From NCBI GenBank assembly GCA_015680685.1, contig MNCI01002812.1:121991-185990 (forward strand): a DNA stretch of 64,000 nt. The letters run 5' to 3'. Positions 50,850 to 64,000 of the stretch are shown here, one piece after another. The first letter of the stretch is position 1. Each line of letters starts with the position of its first letter. The position numbers and the translations under genes are program-made. This DNA is from Gnetum montanum. Lineage: Eukaryota; Plantae; Gnetophyta. The notes below the pieces were generated by a model. The model had not been told where the DNA came from. It worked only from the letters and a program-made list of their open reading frames with translations, and made no database searches.

Positions 50850-52576
50850 ATGGTCATTACCATGCCAAAAGAGGAATAAAGAGGCTTCTAGGAAGAAACT
50901 GCAGTGGAGGGGGATGATGATGATATCACCCTTGAGGAATTTAAAGCTTATGAGGAAGAATGAACTAGTATTCTATCAAGGATTCCAAGTTTAGCTTTCA
51001 ACATGTTAGATATAGCCAATTTGAACTTGAAGGAGATAGAGCAAAGGATGCTGGAGATGTATAAAGAAACACAGGGTAAGTATCAAAACATTAGGCAATC
51101 GTTTTTATTTTATTTTATGTTCTTAACAAGATAGAATAATCTAAAACTAACCTTTTGGTTTTGATTTTTGTGTGTAGACCCTAGGGAGAGTAGATAAAAA
51201 CTAGCATAGGAGCTTACTCCAATGTATATTGATGAAGAAGGGGAGAAAGTTGGAAGGAAATAAGGTTACTAAGTCTTGGTTTTATATTATTCCATGTGTT
51301 GTGTTTGACCCAATATAAGATTTTGTAAAATGTTAAGTGTGTTCGATGTTTCAAAATAAGACATCACATCAATTGTTATGACATTGCGTCAATTAGAATT
51401 AGATTTAGAATTTAATACTATAGTTATGAATTTTGCAAACATCAAATCTTGCAATGTTTATAATGAAATATATCTTAACACATCATTGGATTTAATAAGA
51501 AGTAGAGGTTTCACATGCAATAGATGTATAAAAGAAAAGACACAAAATATTGTTGATAGTTTTGGTTAGGAGATCAAACGATTTTCTATTGAAAATTACA
51601 TGGATCCAAAAACCCAATCACTTGTCTTAACCAATTTAATTAAGATTGAAGAAATGTTGATTGCAAGAATGCAATGGATGGACTATTTAGGTATAAGGGT
51701 CATATAGTTAGCTTTCTTCATGATGTTACAAAGATTGCTAAGAGATTTTCTCTTAGCATTAAAGATATATCTTTTTTGGTTTTAAGAAGAGTGGATCAAA
51801 TGTGCACAAAGTATAATTTCATAGTTAACAAGAGTCGGGTTTATATGCCTTGCTTTTTAAAAAGGAAAATGATCTGTACTATCATGATATCGAGATTGAT
51901 ATGCATGCATTAGATGATGTTATTCATACCGATAAGGTTAACATCTTTCATAACATTTTTGATATTACATTGTCAGAAAAGGATGAAATGAGATTATAGT
52001 TTTAAGGTCCATTGATTCGAATAGATGAAAATATTATTAGACATACATCATCAGTTACACGATGTCCTGAGATTGTAAGAAGGGAAATTTGTTGGATAAG
52101 AACATGGTTGCATAATTCATCATTACAAGATTCAAATGTTGCCTAATGGCCTTCCATGTTTGATTCTTCTATTAATGAGTTTAACATGATGTAGTTGTTT
52201 ATGACAACATTTCCAAGTCTTTTTCCTAAAGGAAAATGTGATTTCCTTGATCGAAGAACGAAAGATGTTAAACTGTATGAATATGCAAAACATCTTTTTG
52301 CTACAAGGTGGTACCTTTGGCTTGATTTATTTTTTATTTTTATTGTTCTTATATTTTTATACTTTGATGCAATGATATGTGATTTATTTTTAGGTATTAT
52401 ATCTATAATGTCATTTAAAGGTTATAGACAATGGAATCTACTTTTGTATTTTTTTTTAAATATTGTTAATGCATTCATAACTGTTGAGGAACTATGTGAG
52501 CAATTGTATAGTGCTCCATTGCATGTCATTATTGATAATTTGATGCAATATAGTACCTCCATTTGTAGTATACCAT
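50850..52576 (+). mobile_element. Degenerate Helitron-type RepHel gene, 5' part (DUF6570-like region), intron-containing
   Basis: CNVY/CNRC, RFSIENYMDP, LIKIEEMLIAR, YKGHIVSFLHD, FIVNKSRV, TFPSLFPKGKCD, YAKHL. The left boundary is uncertain. Confidence 0.7.
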
Positions 52577-53433
52577 TGATGAATAACAAGGTTCCCCTAC
52601 GCCCAACCATACGAATCATAGACATTCAAGTGCAATCCGGTTGAATTCCGTAGACTATAATTACTAAGTATGCTAGAGCTAAATAGTGCGTGTGTGTTGT
52701 CCATTCGTTGTCTTCCTAGTTGTGGAGTACAATTGTATGGTTAAGTGTGACTAAGGCATAAGATTTTTATTATTATGTGTTTTTATCAAATTATTCACCT
52801 AAAACAAGAATGAAAGTAAGAGTGATTAAATGCTAAGTAAGCTATGGTCTAATTTAGCCTAACACAAGTAACCATTCCCACTTCCTGAACACATCTTGAA
52901 CCTTGTGCAAACACTATTGGGTTGTTAAACACTAGTCGTTTCTAAGCTACTAAGTGTCACACATATGTTTAAAGGGGTCATGCTTGTGTATCTTAATAAC
53001 TTGCTTGATTAATCAAAATTAATTACTGCATAAATAATATTTATGCAAATTGCATAAAGTATAAATGCATAAGAAAGAAAATTTCAAGTGCTGCAAGGAA
53101 TGAATCAAAGAGTTCGTCTTTATTGCCAACACAATGGTGTGTTCAGGTACATCAATGCTTGAATAAAGATCCATTCACACTTAGACCTCTTGTTGCGGGC
53201 ACTTGAAAAATATTCTAACTTTTAAATGGACAAACTACAATTTTTTTCTACTTGACTGCCAAAAACTTACTCCCAATTGTGTGCCTGGGCCATGTATTTA
53301 TAGACCCAGGAGTAACCCTGCGATATCGAATGTATGGTATTGCATCTTGGGCTACGATATTGCGTAGTCGATATCGTGTATCCGATATGGCAGCCACCCC
53401 GATATCAGAGCATATGAAAAACACGATTTATCA
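52577..53433 (-). repeat. 3' LTR (857 bp)
   Basis: Direct repeat of 61788-62626, adjacent to the PPT. Confidence 0.93.
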
Positions 53434-55499
53434 TACCCCCATGATTGAATGAAAACTTGTCCTCAAGTACAGAAGAAGAGGAACAAGTCCTTTACAAAAT
53501 ATATTAGGGGGTGTGACCTTATTTGATTGACATGTAGAGTGACATAGAGAAAATAGACAAATATGGAAGTGCTAGAGCATATAGCATTACAATTGTGTAC
53601 AAAATTGGGTGTTCATGACAACAAGAAAGAACACCCACGGATCTAAAGGACATCCAACCCCTCTTGACATAGAAGAATGAGGGAGAGGTAGAAGAGATCC
53701 AATAGTCATGAACAATCTCCCACAAGTGATATGGTTGCATCCTCCTTGGTAAAGATAGTGCCGCTTCCAGTCCACGTTTCCCACTGCAATCACAACAGAA
53801 CCAAGGATTATTATATATAGTGTACATATAACAGTTGAATACCTTGTCTCATCGGTGAATTTATCTAGCTGAGTTGTGATTGTAATAGATTATTTGCTTG
53901 ATATTATTAGTGAAAAGACTAACAAATGGGTTACGTAAGAGAAGTGATCCATAAAATTCAGAAAAAGCTTAACACAAGGAATACTGGAAAGAGGGTATTC
54001 ACAACAATAAAAAGGATTTAATCACAAATAGTTGTGAAGGTGCGTACAATTGGATGCCATGGACAGGGCAAATAAAAAGAATTTAATTGTAACAATGTCT
54101 AAGGGTAAAGAACTTAACTTAACCAAACCAAAAGGTATGCAAGTGGGTCTGTCCCAAAGCAGGCATAGGCCTTTTATGCCCTTACATAACTTCAAACCAA
54201 CGAGTCCATTGGCACCATGGATGATTAATGGTTACAGAAAGCTAAGTACAAAAATCCAAAAGTAACTAACTAAGAAACCTGACACATCAAACCAGAACAT
54301 TGAATTAAAACATGAAACCAACAGTGAGGTAAGGCATGAAAAGCATAGATGGATGACAGAGAGAGTGGAATGGAGTTCCTAATTATGGTCACATGCAATC
54401 CCTTGCAAAATTTATGATTAAATAACTTGGTAGGATCCATCCTCAGTCCAGACCAAAACTGCCCACTTTCAATGACTTCGCATCGACATTCTAAGGCTAG
54501 TCCATCCCCTAAGATACAAGAATGCTATCACAAAACAACCACCATTCCAAATTGGAGTGAAGGTAGGAAGTGAGAAAGGGCCTTGGTTAGAGGAGATAAG
54601 ACAAGTCTCTTAACCAATGCTTGTAGCCCTTTTAATTGGTCTAAGGGGTGTGTTTTGAATTCCCATATTTGTTTTTGAATGGGAACCACACGATGCAAAG
54701 GCCTATGCATTTTTTGCATTTATTTTGTCCACGGGGTGTGCTTTGAATCCTCATCTTTTTTTTTGGTGATGAGGACCACACCATGCAAGGACTTATTTGA
54801 CTTTCTATTATGAAATGACACGGAACAGTGAGAAGCTTACAAGAACACTCCTGCATATAGGAAAATAGAAAAACATGATGAATATCGCATCCCTTTGAAG
54901 TCACACCCTATCCAAACCTTTGATTCCTTCCCAATTTTGGAAACTACACAAGTCACCAATTTATTAAAGTTGCATTAATGAAGAAGAGACTGCACACTTC
55001 CAAAACCAGGAAAACCATAGAGTATGTGGATGGGTGGATGATGTGGATTCACTGCTTGTTACATGAAAAGAAACCATGTCACAGTCATCAGTAATGACAT
55101 TCAAAGTCAGAAACTAGACATCAACAATCAAATTACAAATGAAGCATACCACCATTGAGTAGTGCATTACCATTGTACTTGCCACCTTATTAGTAGAAAA
55201 AGTAGAAAAACACATCAAACATAAGCAAGCATAACCATAAAAGAAGGTAAAAGAGTAGACTAGATATTGAATATATTAACAATGGTGTAAAACAAAAACT
55301 AAGAGAAGATCAATAACTTTAAAAATACAAATATGTAAAACAAAGATGTAAAATAAAGAAGATGAAAACAAAAAGTTGTAAAATCAAAAATGTGAAACAA
55401 AAAAGTCAAAAGATTGAGGAGCCACAAGAGGTGTTAGTATGGGTGGCCATCTCCCCCATGACTAAGTTGGAAGGGAGAGATCCAAAAGATTGAGCATGG

Positions 55500-58400
55500 T
55501 TGTCCATCTGGTGAGGTGTTTGTTGAGTTGTTGGCTTGGGCTCATGGAAAGGTTTTATTTGTTGAATGTTGACTAATTATTTCATATTTGGGCTATCACG
55601 TTTGTAGATAATCATGGCCCCAGATGGAAAAGTCTCATCAATGATGTAAGGTCCTTTCCACAATGTTTGAAATTTGGTTCATTGGGGTACATGTGTAGGA
55701 TTCCAATAGAGAACCTTGTCTCCTAGTTGAAACTTAATTTTCCTTATTTTGAGGTCATGGCATTTCTTGTTGAATGCCTTATGTGTTTTGTTGGATGACA
55801 GGGCCATTAACCGATTTTCGTCTAGCAAGTTAAGGTTCATCAATCGTTCTTTCTATGTTAGATTGAGATTTAGGTTAAGGTCACAGGCTGTAGAGAGTGC
55901 ATTGAGCTCAGATTGGATGGGTAATGTTGGTAGTTTTTCGTACACAAGCTCATAGGGAGAATAACTTATGGGAAGCTTCCATGTGGAGCGATAGGCCCAA
56001 AAAGCATCATTTAATTTAGTGCTATAGTCCCTTTGGTATTTGCTAATGGTACACGTTAAGATTTTTGTAATCTCCCGATTAGTGACCTCCGCTTGACCAT
56101 TGGCTTGGAGGTGATATGGTGTTGTGAGTTTATGTTCAACCCCCAAGCGCTGCATTAGTTTTTGAAAAGTGGCACCTGTAAAATGAGTTCCATTATTAGA
56201 AATTAATGCACGAGGTACACCAAACCTATTTACGATATTTTGTTGTATAAACCGAGCAACAGTGGTGGATGTACAGTTGGTGACAGTTGCTACTTCTGCC
56301 CGCTTGGTACAATAGTCAATTACGACTATTATATATGCCTTCCATTTGATAAAGGTGTGATGGGATCCATAAAGTTAATGCCCCAAATATCGAATGGCTT
56401 GAGAGGTTGTATCCATTATTGTGGTCCCTCCATTCGAGTTGTCAATCCACCATCCCTCTGGTAATGATCATAAGCATAGACAAATTGATGTGCATCCCTA
56501 AGGATTGTTGGCCAATAATACCCTGCCATGAGGGTTTTTAAGGTTGTGCATATCCTAGCATAATGGCCTTCACAAGGACCTTTCTAAGCATCCTAGAGAA
56601 CGTGTAGTTGATCCATATCAGGAACACACCAACGTACCAAGCTATTGGAATAGACTTTATAAAGGTTTCCATTAATCTCCGTAAAATGCTTAACTCGGTG
56701 AAGAAACTGTTGTTTCTTTCTAGTGTCAATCCATTGCGGCAGTTCTTGCTTGAGAAGATAAGTGAGGATGGCGTCATACCATTTTGGTTCATCGAACATT
56801 TGTGTATTAATAACCCCTGCAAGGAGAGATTTGTCAAGAAATTGGTCAGATAAACGGCTCTCTTTCTCCTTATCATCCTATCTTACTTGCAATAAGTGAT
56901 CTGCAACCACATTCTCCACACCTTTACAATCTACCATCATGAGATCAAATTTCTGTGAAATCATAAGCCACCGTATGACACAAGGGCTCATCATTGGTTT
57001 TTCCATTAGAAATCTAATGGCGCTATGTTCTGTGTGTACAAAAAATTTGTAGCCAAGCACATAGTGCTTGAACTTCTCTAAGGCGAACACCATTGCCATC
57101 AACTCTTTTTCTATGGTGGTGTAGTTTAGTTGTGCACCTACAATGCTCTAGCTTACGCAGTGAATGTAATATAGATGTTTTTGATCATCCATCTGCGTAA
57201 GCACTGCCCCCAAAGCATAATTTGATGCATCGGTCATCACATAAAATGGTTTGAACCAATTTTGTGCTTGAAGAATGGGGGTTTCAACAAGCTTTTGCTT
57301 CAGTTGTTGAAATGCTACTACACATGCAGGGGTTTAGATGAATGATGCATCCTTCTTTGTTAATTCTACCAATGTTTTGGCGATTTTGGAAAAATTCTCA
57401 ATGAAGTGTTGATAGTAGCTAGTATGACCAAGGAATGATAGCACTTCTTTGACTATTTTAGGTTGGTGGGCTATTCCTTAGATGACCTTTATTTTTTCAG
57501 GGTCTACCTCGATTCCTACTTTTGAAATGTGATGCCCTAAGACTATGCCTTCCTGGACCAAAAGATGGTTTTTTTGCCAATTCAGCCAAAGGTTTGTTTT
57601 GACACATCTCTTCAACACCTGCTCAAGATGGTCCAGGGCTTGCTTGAATGTAGCACCATAGGTAGAAAAATCATTCATAAAGACTTCTACCCCACTATTG
57701 ATTTGTTGTTGGAAAATGCTGAGAACTAATCGTTGAAATGTGGGGCATTACATAGACCAAATGGCATTTGATGGTAAGCAAAAGTCCCTTAAGGACTTGT
57801 GAAAGTTTTCTTTGCTTGGTCTTCTGGTACAATCCGAATTTGGTTATAGCCACTATAATTATCTAGAAAGTTGTAATAGTTATGCCTTGAAATGGTGTCC
57901 AGCACTTGGTCGACGAAAGGCAATGGAAAATGATCCTTGAAAGTTGCCATGTTGAGTAGCCGGAAGTTAATGCACATCCACCATTTGCCTCCCTTCTTAG
58001 GTATGATCACAAGTGGACTTACCCACTCACTTTCTGCAACAGGGTAGATGAATCCCACTTTAAGGAGTTGTTCAATCTTCTCTTTGACAATCTACTTTAA
58101 CTTGGGATTCAAACACCGCTGTATTTGTTGTTCAGCTTGACGATAGTGTTAATGTATATTCGGTGCTAGCATATTCTTGAATCTATCCCAGTGAGTTTAG
58201 AATATAACTAGGTGACGGCTGTTGACCATTTTTCCACAACTTTCTCTTTTGTTCTGTGGTAAGCTTGGCATTAATAATAATTGGCTTCTCATTTTTCAAA
58301 AATACGTACTCCATTCTAGCTAGTAGTGTATTCAATTCAAGGGGCTCTTATTTAAAATTATCAAGAATTTTTAGCTCATCCTAATTGACATCATCATTTG

Positions 58401-61400
58401 CTCCTTTAGAGAGCTGGTCATAAAATTGCTCGAGTTAATCCATACTTGCAACATATTCATACATTAGGCCCTTAGTAAGTTTCATGCATAATATACTGCT
58501 GCTAGAATCAACTGTCAGCCACTGGGTGCCTTCTTGTTTTGTGGTTGCTGTGTACAGATATCTTTGGATCTCAGCTTTTGGTGCACACTATTTACATGTA
58601 GAGATAGATGTTTTCTTTACTAACTATAACTTTTGCACATAATGGCACCCTGAATCACCGTATGCAATACATGGAACTCTCTTCTTCTCGATATTTCCAA
58701 ATTTTTTTTGATATTTCCAAGAAAAGATCTCTAATGTCCAATTTGGCATCAATAGTACTTAACCACGTCCTTCCCATAATAATTGGAAAGTCCCCCTTGC
58801 AGTTATCCACTTTGATTACTAGGAAATCAACAGGATATGACCACCCACAAATAGATGTGATGATGTCCTCAACCAGTTCCAATGGAATAGTGATGGACTG
58901 GTCCGCCAGTTTCAGCCAAATGTTGCTCTTCTTCAAGGGAGAAAGGTTTCACATTGTGTACATCTCATACAAGATCAAATTAACATTGAAACTAGAGTCA
59001 AGAAGAGCTTTACAAGGCTCATTCTTTGTAATTTGCAAGTAAACTAGGGGACTCTTGGGATCAGCTGACTTTTTGGGTAGGTTACTAGCTCGAATACAAT
59101 CAAATACAACATGTGTAAGCATTACAATATGGATTCAAGAAGGATTTTGGTTTGAAGGGGACTCAGATAAAGAGGAAATAGAGGAAGTTGGAGGAGTAAG
59201 ATTATTGAATACCAATGTGTCTGAGGGCTTTGGTGGACTGCGAGGTTGGAAGAAGGGTTTTTTCTTTGTTCATTGTTTCGACTTTCTTGATGGGTTAATC
59301 GATTGTAGATTAACTACCCTCGTAGTGTTCCTTTACTATGGTTTTGCAAGAAATTCACCTTGCATGGATAGAGCAGGTGGTAGCTGTGCAGGGGATGGAG
59401 GAGTAGGTGTAGGAACAGGAGGTGCATTGAGGGTAGTAGGTGAAATCCCTAGTTGGATAGGGTGATTGGTATGTTTTAGGATGGTAGTGGTGAGGTTGGT
59501 AAGCAGCAACATGACCAGAGGAGTTCCTTGGAGATGAAGGTTGTTGAACATAGTAATCATATGGATCTGGTTATCCGTAAGGGTACTGCTACTTTGGAGG
59601 TGACAACGCCCACAATTGTGGTTGCTGCTACTGCTGGTATAATTCATAAGGTTGTGGTGGAGTTCCACTTGGATAATACTACTGTGGTTGGTGGAACTAT
59701 TGAGGATTGCCTTGTCGATAAGGAAATTTTTTAGGCATTTTCCTTTGTGCAAGTCGTGGATGTAAGGCTTACACCCTGGATTCCTACAAGTGTGATACAA
59801 CTGGACAACATTCCTTAGGATGTTTATACTGGTAGACGTCACACCTGCCATCATCATCTGAGTTGCTATCCACAGCCATCTCTATCGCAGCCATTTTGCC
59901 CTTGCCCTAGATATGGCAAGTTTAGCTTCCTTACATCCTCGATGCTCACGCTTACCACTTTGCTCCTTGGACTCTTCAGTAATTTTTAAAATAGCTTAAA
60001 ACCTATTGTCCATGGAGTCCCATAATTGATCAACCTTAGCCATGATTTCTGATTGCAATTTCTAGAGTGGCAAGGTTTTTTGATTAACCACCTCATCTCT
60101 AGTGAATTCATCCTCACTATCACAAAATTGAACCCCCTTTTCCTAAATAGAAGGGTCTTTGTTGTATTCTTTTGCACTTTCACATTTTCTTAGTTCTCCC
60201 TCCTCCTTGGCTACCTGCTTAATTAATTTTTGAATCCAACAGGTGCTTAACTCTGTCAATCTTCCTTGGGCATAAACGCCAAGGGTTTTCTTGGTTTTAG
60301 ACTATAACCCGTCTATGATATGGCAAAGCTAATCAAGCTGAGAGTATCCATGCCTGGGACACCTATGCAACAGAGAGTAGTATTGACCAATAGCAACATC
60401 CAAGGGCTCATGATTCCCTTGTTTCCATCCTTGAATTTGTTTTTTTAGATTGGATACTCAAAAGTATGTGTGATATTTGTCATTGAATAATTCCAATAGC
60501 ATACTCCACTGCGTGATTGATTCTGGTTCCAAGGATCGATATGAATCTTTTGCTTCCTTTATTAGTGTCCTTGGAAATGATTTTAGCTTTTACAAGTCAT
60601 TTTCAATATTCTGCAAGGCACATGCATCTTGGAAGGCTTGAATATGATTTTGTAGATTAGCATTATATCCTCCCTCGAATCGAGGAATGTTATTCATATC
60701 CAGCCTCTTTAATCTGCTATCTTTCACATGCCTTGTTGGAATCCTCACAACCTTTGCAATATTCAACATGCCTCGAGTAGCAAGTAGAGGTTCATCAAGG
60801 CCATGATGGTGGTTCCTACAATGTTCTCTACTAGCCCTTCTTTCTTGTTGATGGGCCTCTCTAGACTGCCCACGTCTTTAGTCATGGCTGTCCTGACGGT
60901 CCCTTCTATTGTTTTGGTCGCATTGGTCACCTCCATCACGGTTATTTCTGCTGCTGCCACGATCTGAACTAGATGAAGAAGAAGATGATGATGATGAAGG
61001 GAAAGAAGAAGGGGTACTTGCTCTACGCTGACACCTATCATCCTTTCTTCAATGCTCATGACCACGATTGTGATCATGATCTCCTTTGTCCCCCTTTTCC
61101 TAACTTTCTTCTCTAGATCCATTTTTGTCATTGGATTCGTTTTGACCAAAACCTGGATTATGAATTGTGGATTGTACATTCTGGTTGAGGGCTCTTTGAA
61201 CAAAGTCAAAGAGAGGAGAATCACTAAAGAAGTGGTTACCTTCATTAATTGGGCCAAGCAGAGGTGGAAAAATATTTGACCCCTTACCCTTCATAAGCTT
61301 GTGTTGCTGCTTCAGCTGATGATCCCTTAATCTTTGCACTTTAGTGGGATGATAATCCCTTGAGTCAAGATCTCACATCTTGTATTCTTCATGGAGATGT

Positions 61401-61480
61401 TGAAGCCCGTGTCGCGTGAGCAATAGCTGGAGCATTATTGAAATAGATCGGTTAGGTGGCAACACAATGTTGCCTTCCAT
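55500..61480 (-). pseudogene. Gypsy gag-pol, with multiple stops and frameshifts
   Basis: ORF-track fragments at 58655, 57789, 57478, 56878, 56593 and 55853 give PR-RT-RH-IN order. Confidence 0.9.
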
Positions 61481-61787
61481 ATTGCGCCACTACATTAGTT
61501 CATCTTGATGCAAGATGAAGGTAAAGTCTAGTACATACTCATTGGGGCGAGCATATACCACCTAGTATTGTTAAGGCACTTGAATTGCCCTGTGCAGAGA
61601 TGGGCTCCTATGAGAAGAAGACATTTTATGTTAATAAACTTGTAAACAATGTGTAGTTGATGTTTAATTTAATGATAATAATTTTTTTTCATAGGATTTG
61701 ACTCTTTGGGTTTAAACAACGAGGTTACTAAGTTTTACTGGGTTTAGATAGCGTATGAAGAACTACAGTCCCTGACAACGATGCCAA

Positions 61788-62626
61788 TGATGAGTAGCAA
61801 GGTACCCCAACGCCCAACTATACGAATCACAGGTGTTCACATGCAATCTGGTCGAATTCTGCAAACTATAATTACTAAGTACGCTAGAGCTAAACAGTGC
61901 ATGTGTGTTGTCTATTCATTGTCTTCCTAGTTCCACTTGTGGAGTACAATTGTATGGTTAAGTGTGACTGAGGCATAAGATTTTTATTATTTTGTATTTT
62001 TATCAAATTATTTGCCTAGAACAAGAATGAAAGTAAGAGTGATTAAATGCTAAGTAAACTATGGTCTAACCTAGCCTAACACAAGTAACCATTTCCACTT
62101 CCTGGACACATCTTGAACCTTGTGCAAACACTACTGGGCTATCAAACGCTAGTCGTTTCTGAGCTACCAAGTGTCACACATATGTGCGAAGGGGTCGTGC
62201 TTGAGTATCTTAATAAGTTGCTTAATTAATCAAAATTAATTACTGCATAAATAATATTTACGTAAATTGCATAAAATATAAGTGCATAAGAAAGAAAGTC
62301 TCAAGTGCTGCAAGGAATGAATCAAAGAGTTCGTCTTTATTGCCAACACAATGGTGTGTTCAGGTACATCAATGCTTGAATAAAGATCCGCTCACACTTA
62401 GACCTCTTGTTGCGGGCACTTGGAAAATATTCTAACTTTCAAATGGNTAGGCGCACAATTGGGAGTAAGTTTTTGGCAGTCAAGTAGTGAAACTCTTGCA
62501 ATTTGTCCATTTGAAAGTTAGAATATTTTCCAAGTGCCCACAACANGTGATATCGCGTACTCGATATCATGTACCCTATATTGTGGTCACCCCGATATCG
62601 AAGCACATGAAAAACACGATTTATCA
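61788..62626 (-). repeat. 5' LTR (contains an N-bounded inverted segment)
   Basis: Direct repeat of 52577-53433, adjacent to the PBS. Confidence 0.92.
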
Positions 62627-64000
62627 ACCATATTGTTAGAGAAAATGTAAAATAAAGCTAACTAACATGGTGAATCAATTTAGGAACACATACTATTTTT
62701 TTTCCTCTTAGTGTAGGAGAATTCTATTAGCTTGAGCTACATAGTTTAATAGAAGGAGATCTAACTAAGAACTCATCAAAATAAAAATGGAGGTAAGGTA
62801 ATATCATAGAAAATCCACATATAGTGACAAAGTTCCTACATGGTCATTACATTGCCTTTCCAAATGTAGTTTTGATAAAGGAATTCCAGGTTGTTAACTA
62901 CTAGGCATGATATGAGTGGTAGCATTGTGGATCTCTACATGTGCACAATTTCTTATGGATACAAGATGGTCCAAAGGTAGATAAACGTCATCAAAATTGT
63001 CTTGATGTGATGTGTAAGGCAAAGAAATTTTTTGATTCAATTACAAATGCATATAATCCAAGATTTACAGTGGACAACCAAACAATGTTAGTTCTTGTTT
63101 ATCTTTTATGTACTTGCCAAAAATTTTTGTTAATATTGCTTGGAAAATGCAAGCATTGTTTTTTTCATTAATTTATCTTTCATGTTATCTTTTCATTTAG
63201 TCTTTACGTATAAATATATTGCATCATCTATATGAATTAACTACTCAACAACCACAATGTATAGATTTGAAAGTTGATTATGCTGAGTTGCTTAATGCTA
63301 TTTAAAGACATACTGTCTGTAAACCAAGTGCATGCTTAAGAAAAGTTAATAGAGGAGAAACCAAGTATCACATTTGTATCAAATTGTTATTTTCTTATTG
63401 TTTCCTCACTATTTCATTATTTTTTATTAGCAATTAACTTTATTTTATCTTAGTCTAAAAATTCTATAGATATTTATCTTTCCTTTTTTTCCTTTCTAGA
63501 TATAATATTCCTTTTGATGTTATCTTTAAAATCAAGTTTTTATAGAGATCTAGAAAATAGTAACAAGATTACTTATATTCCTCAAAAAAGATGATTCGAG
63601 GTTTAATGATTATAAAAAAATGTTGCTTTAGTCATGGAGGATAAATACAAATTTTTATCATGTCATGTCTTAATATGTTGTTATGAAATATATTACAAAA
63701 TATGCAGCTAAATCTAAGAAAAAATCACAATCTTTTCATGGCATGTTGGAAATTTTAGAGTCAAGGAATCTTCATGAAGATGCTTTATTTGTCTACAGAA
63801 AGTTCAATATGGATGTTGTTGCAAATAAAGATATTGATGCTATGAAGGTCTATTACATGTGGTATGAGCTTCCTTTCGTGGAGTGTAGTCATGTTTTCCG
63901 CACCATCAATGTTTCACGAGAAGTGTACAAAAGAGGTTTCCAAAGGAAATAGAAAAAGGTGAAAATTATACAATTGTTATTAATGTTTATTAGAAACTAC
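62627..64000 (+). mobile_element. Degenerate Helitron-type Rep (HUH, Y2) domain, continuing beyond the window
   Basis: Motif 1 GTHTIFFPLSVGEFY*LELHSL (about 62683), motif 2 YEW*HCGSLHVHNFLW (about 62911-62958), motif 3 KYITKYAAK (63686), then ELPFVECSHVFRTIN. Confidence 0.82.

Larger units (their letters stand above)
52577..62626 (-). mobile_element. Full-length degenerate Athila-like Ty3/Gypsy LTR retrotransposon, TSD ACCAT
   Basis: LTRs 52577-53433 and 61788-62626; ACCAT at 52572-52576 and 62627-62631; PBS TTGGCATCGTTGTCAGGGAC (tRNA-Asp-like) and a GGGGG PPT; gag, protease (LLDSSFNVNL, IIMGRTWL), RT (WVSPLVIIPKKGG, DHFPLPF), RNase H, integrase (YHLQANGQAEVTNREI). Confidence 0.95.

Noticed and set aside
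62405-62546. Inverted repeat/hairpin inside the 5' LTR
   Set aside because: The inverted piece 62448-62545 is bounded by single Ns (62447, 62546) and is the reverse complement of normal LTR sequence. It is absent from the partner LTR, so it is most likely a scaffolding artefact.

Overview
Eukaryotic, AT-rich, TE-dense land-plant nuclear DNA, with a 910-nt N gap at 17441-18350 and several single-N joins. Two intact spliced host genes lie on +: a 6-exon GOT1 vesicle-transport gene (19723-24435, 140 aa) and a 7-exon CRLK1/2-like transmembrane receptor-like kinase (27359-48260, about 404 aa). The kinase's 16.5-kb intron 5 holds a full Copia element, a solo LTR, L1 fragments and SINEs. A GC/CpG-rich, intronless and unusually compact arginyl-tRNA--protein transferase (ATE1-like) gene with a frameshift and two stops sits at 14812-15833. 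The rest is mostly Athila-like Ty3/Gypsy elements: a three-level nest at 1-13991, including a pol-less copy whose long extra ORF is preceded by an internal LTR-like promoter motif, and a full-length copy at 52577-62626 (TSD ACCAT). That last copy is inserted into a degenerate, intron-containing non-canonical Helitron Rep gene (DUF6570-type N-terminus). All family assignments come from motif recognition by eye; no searches were run.
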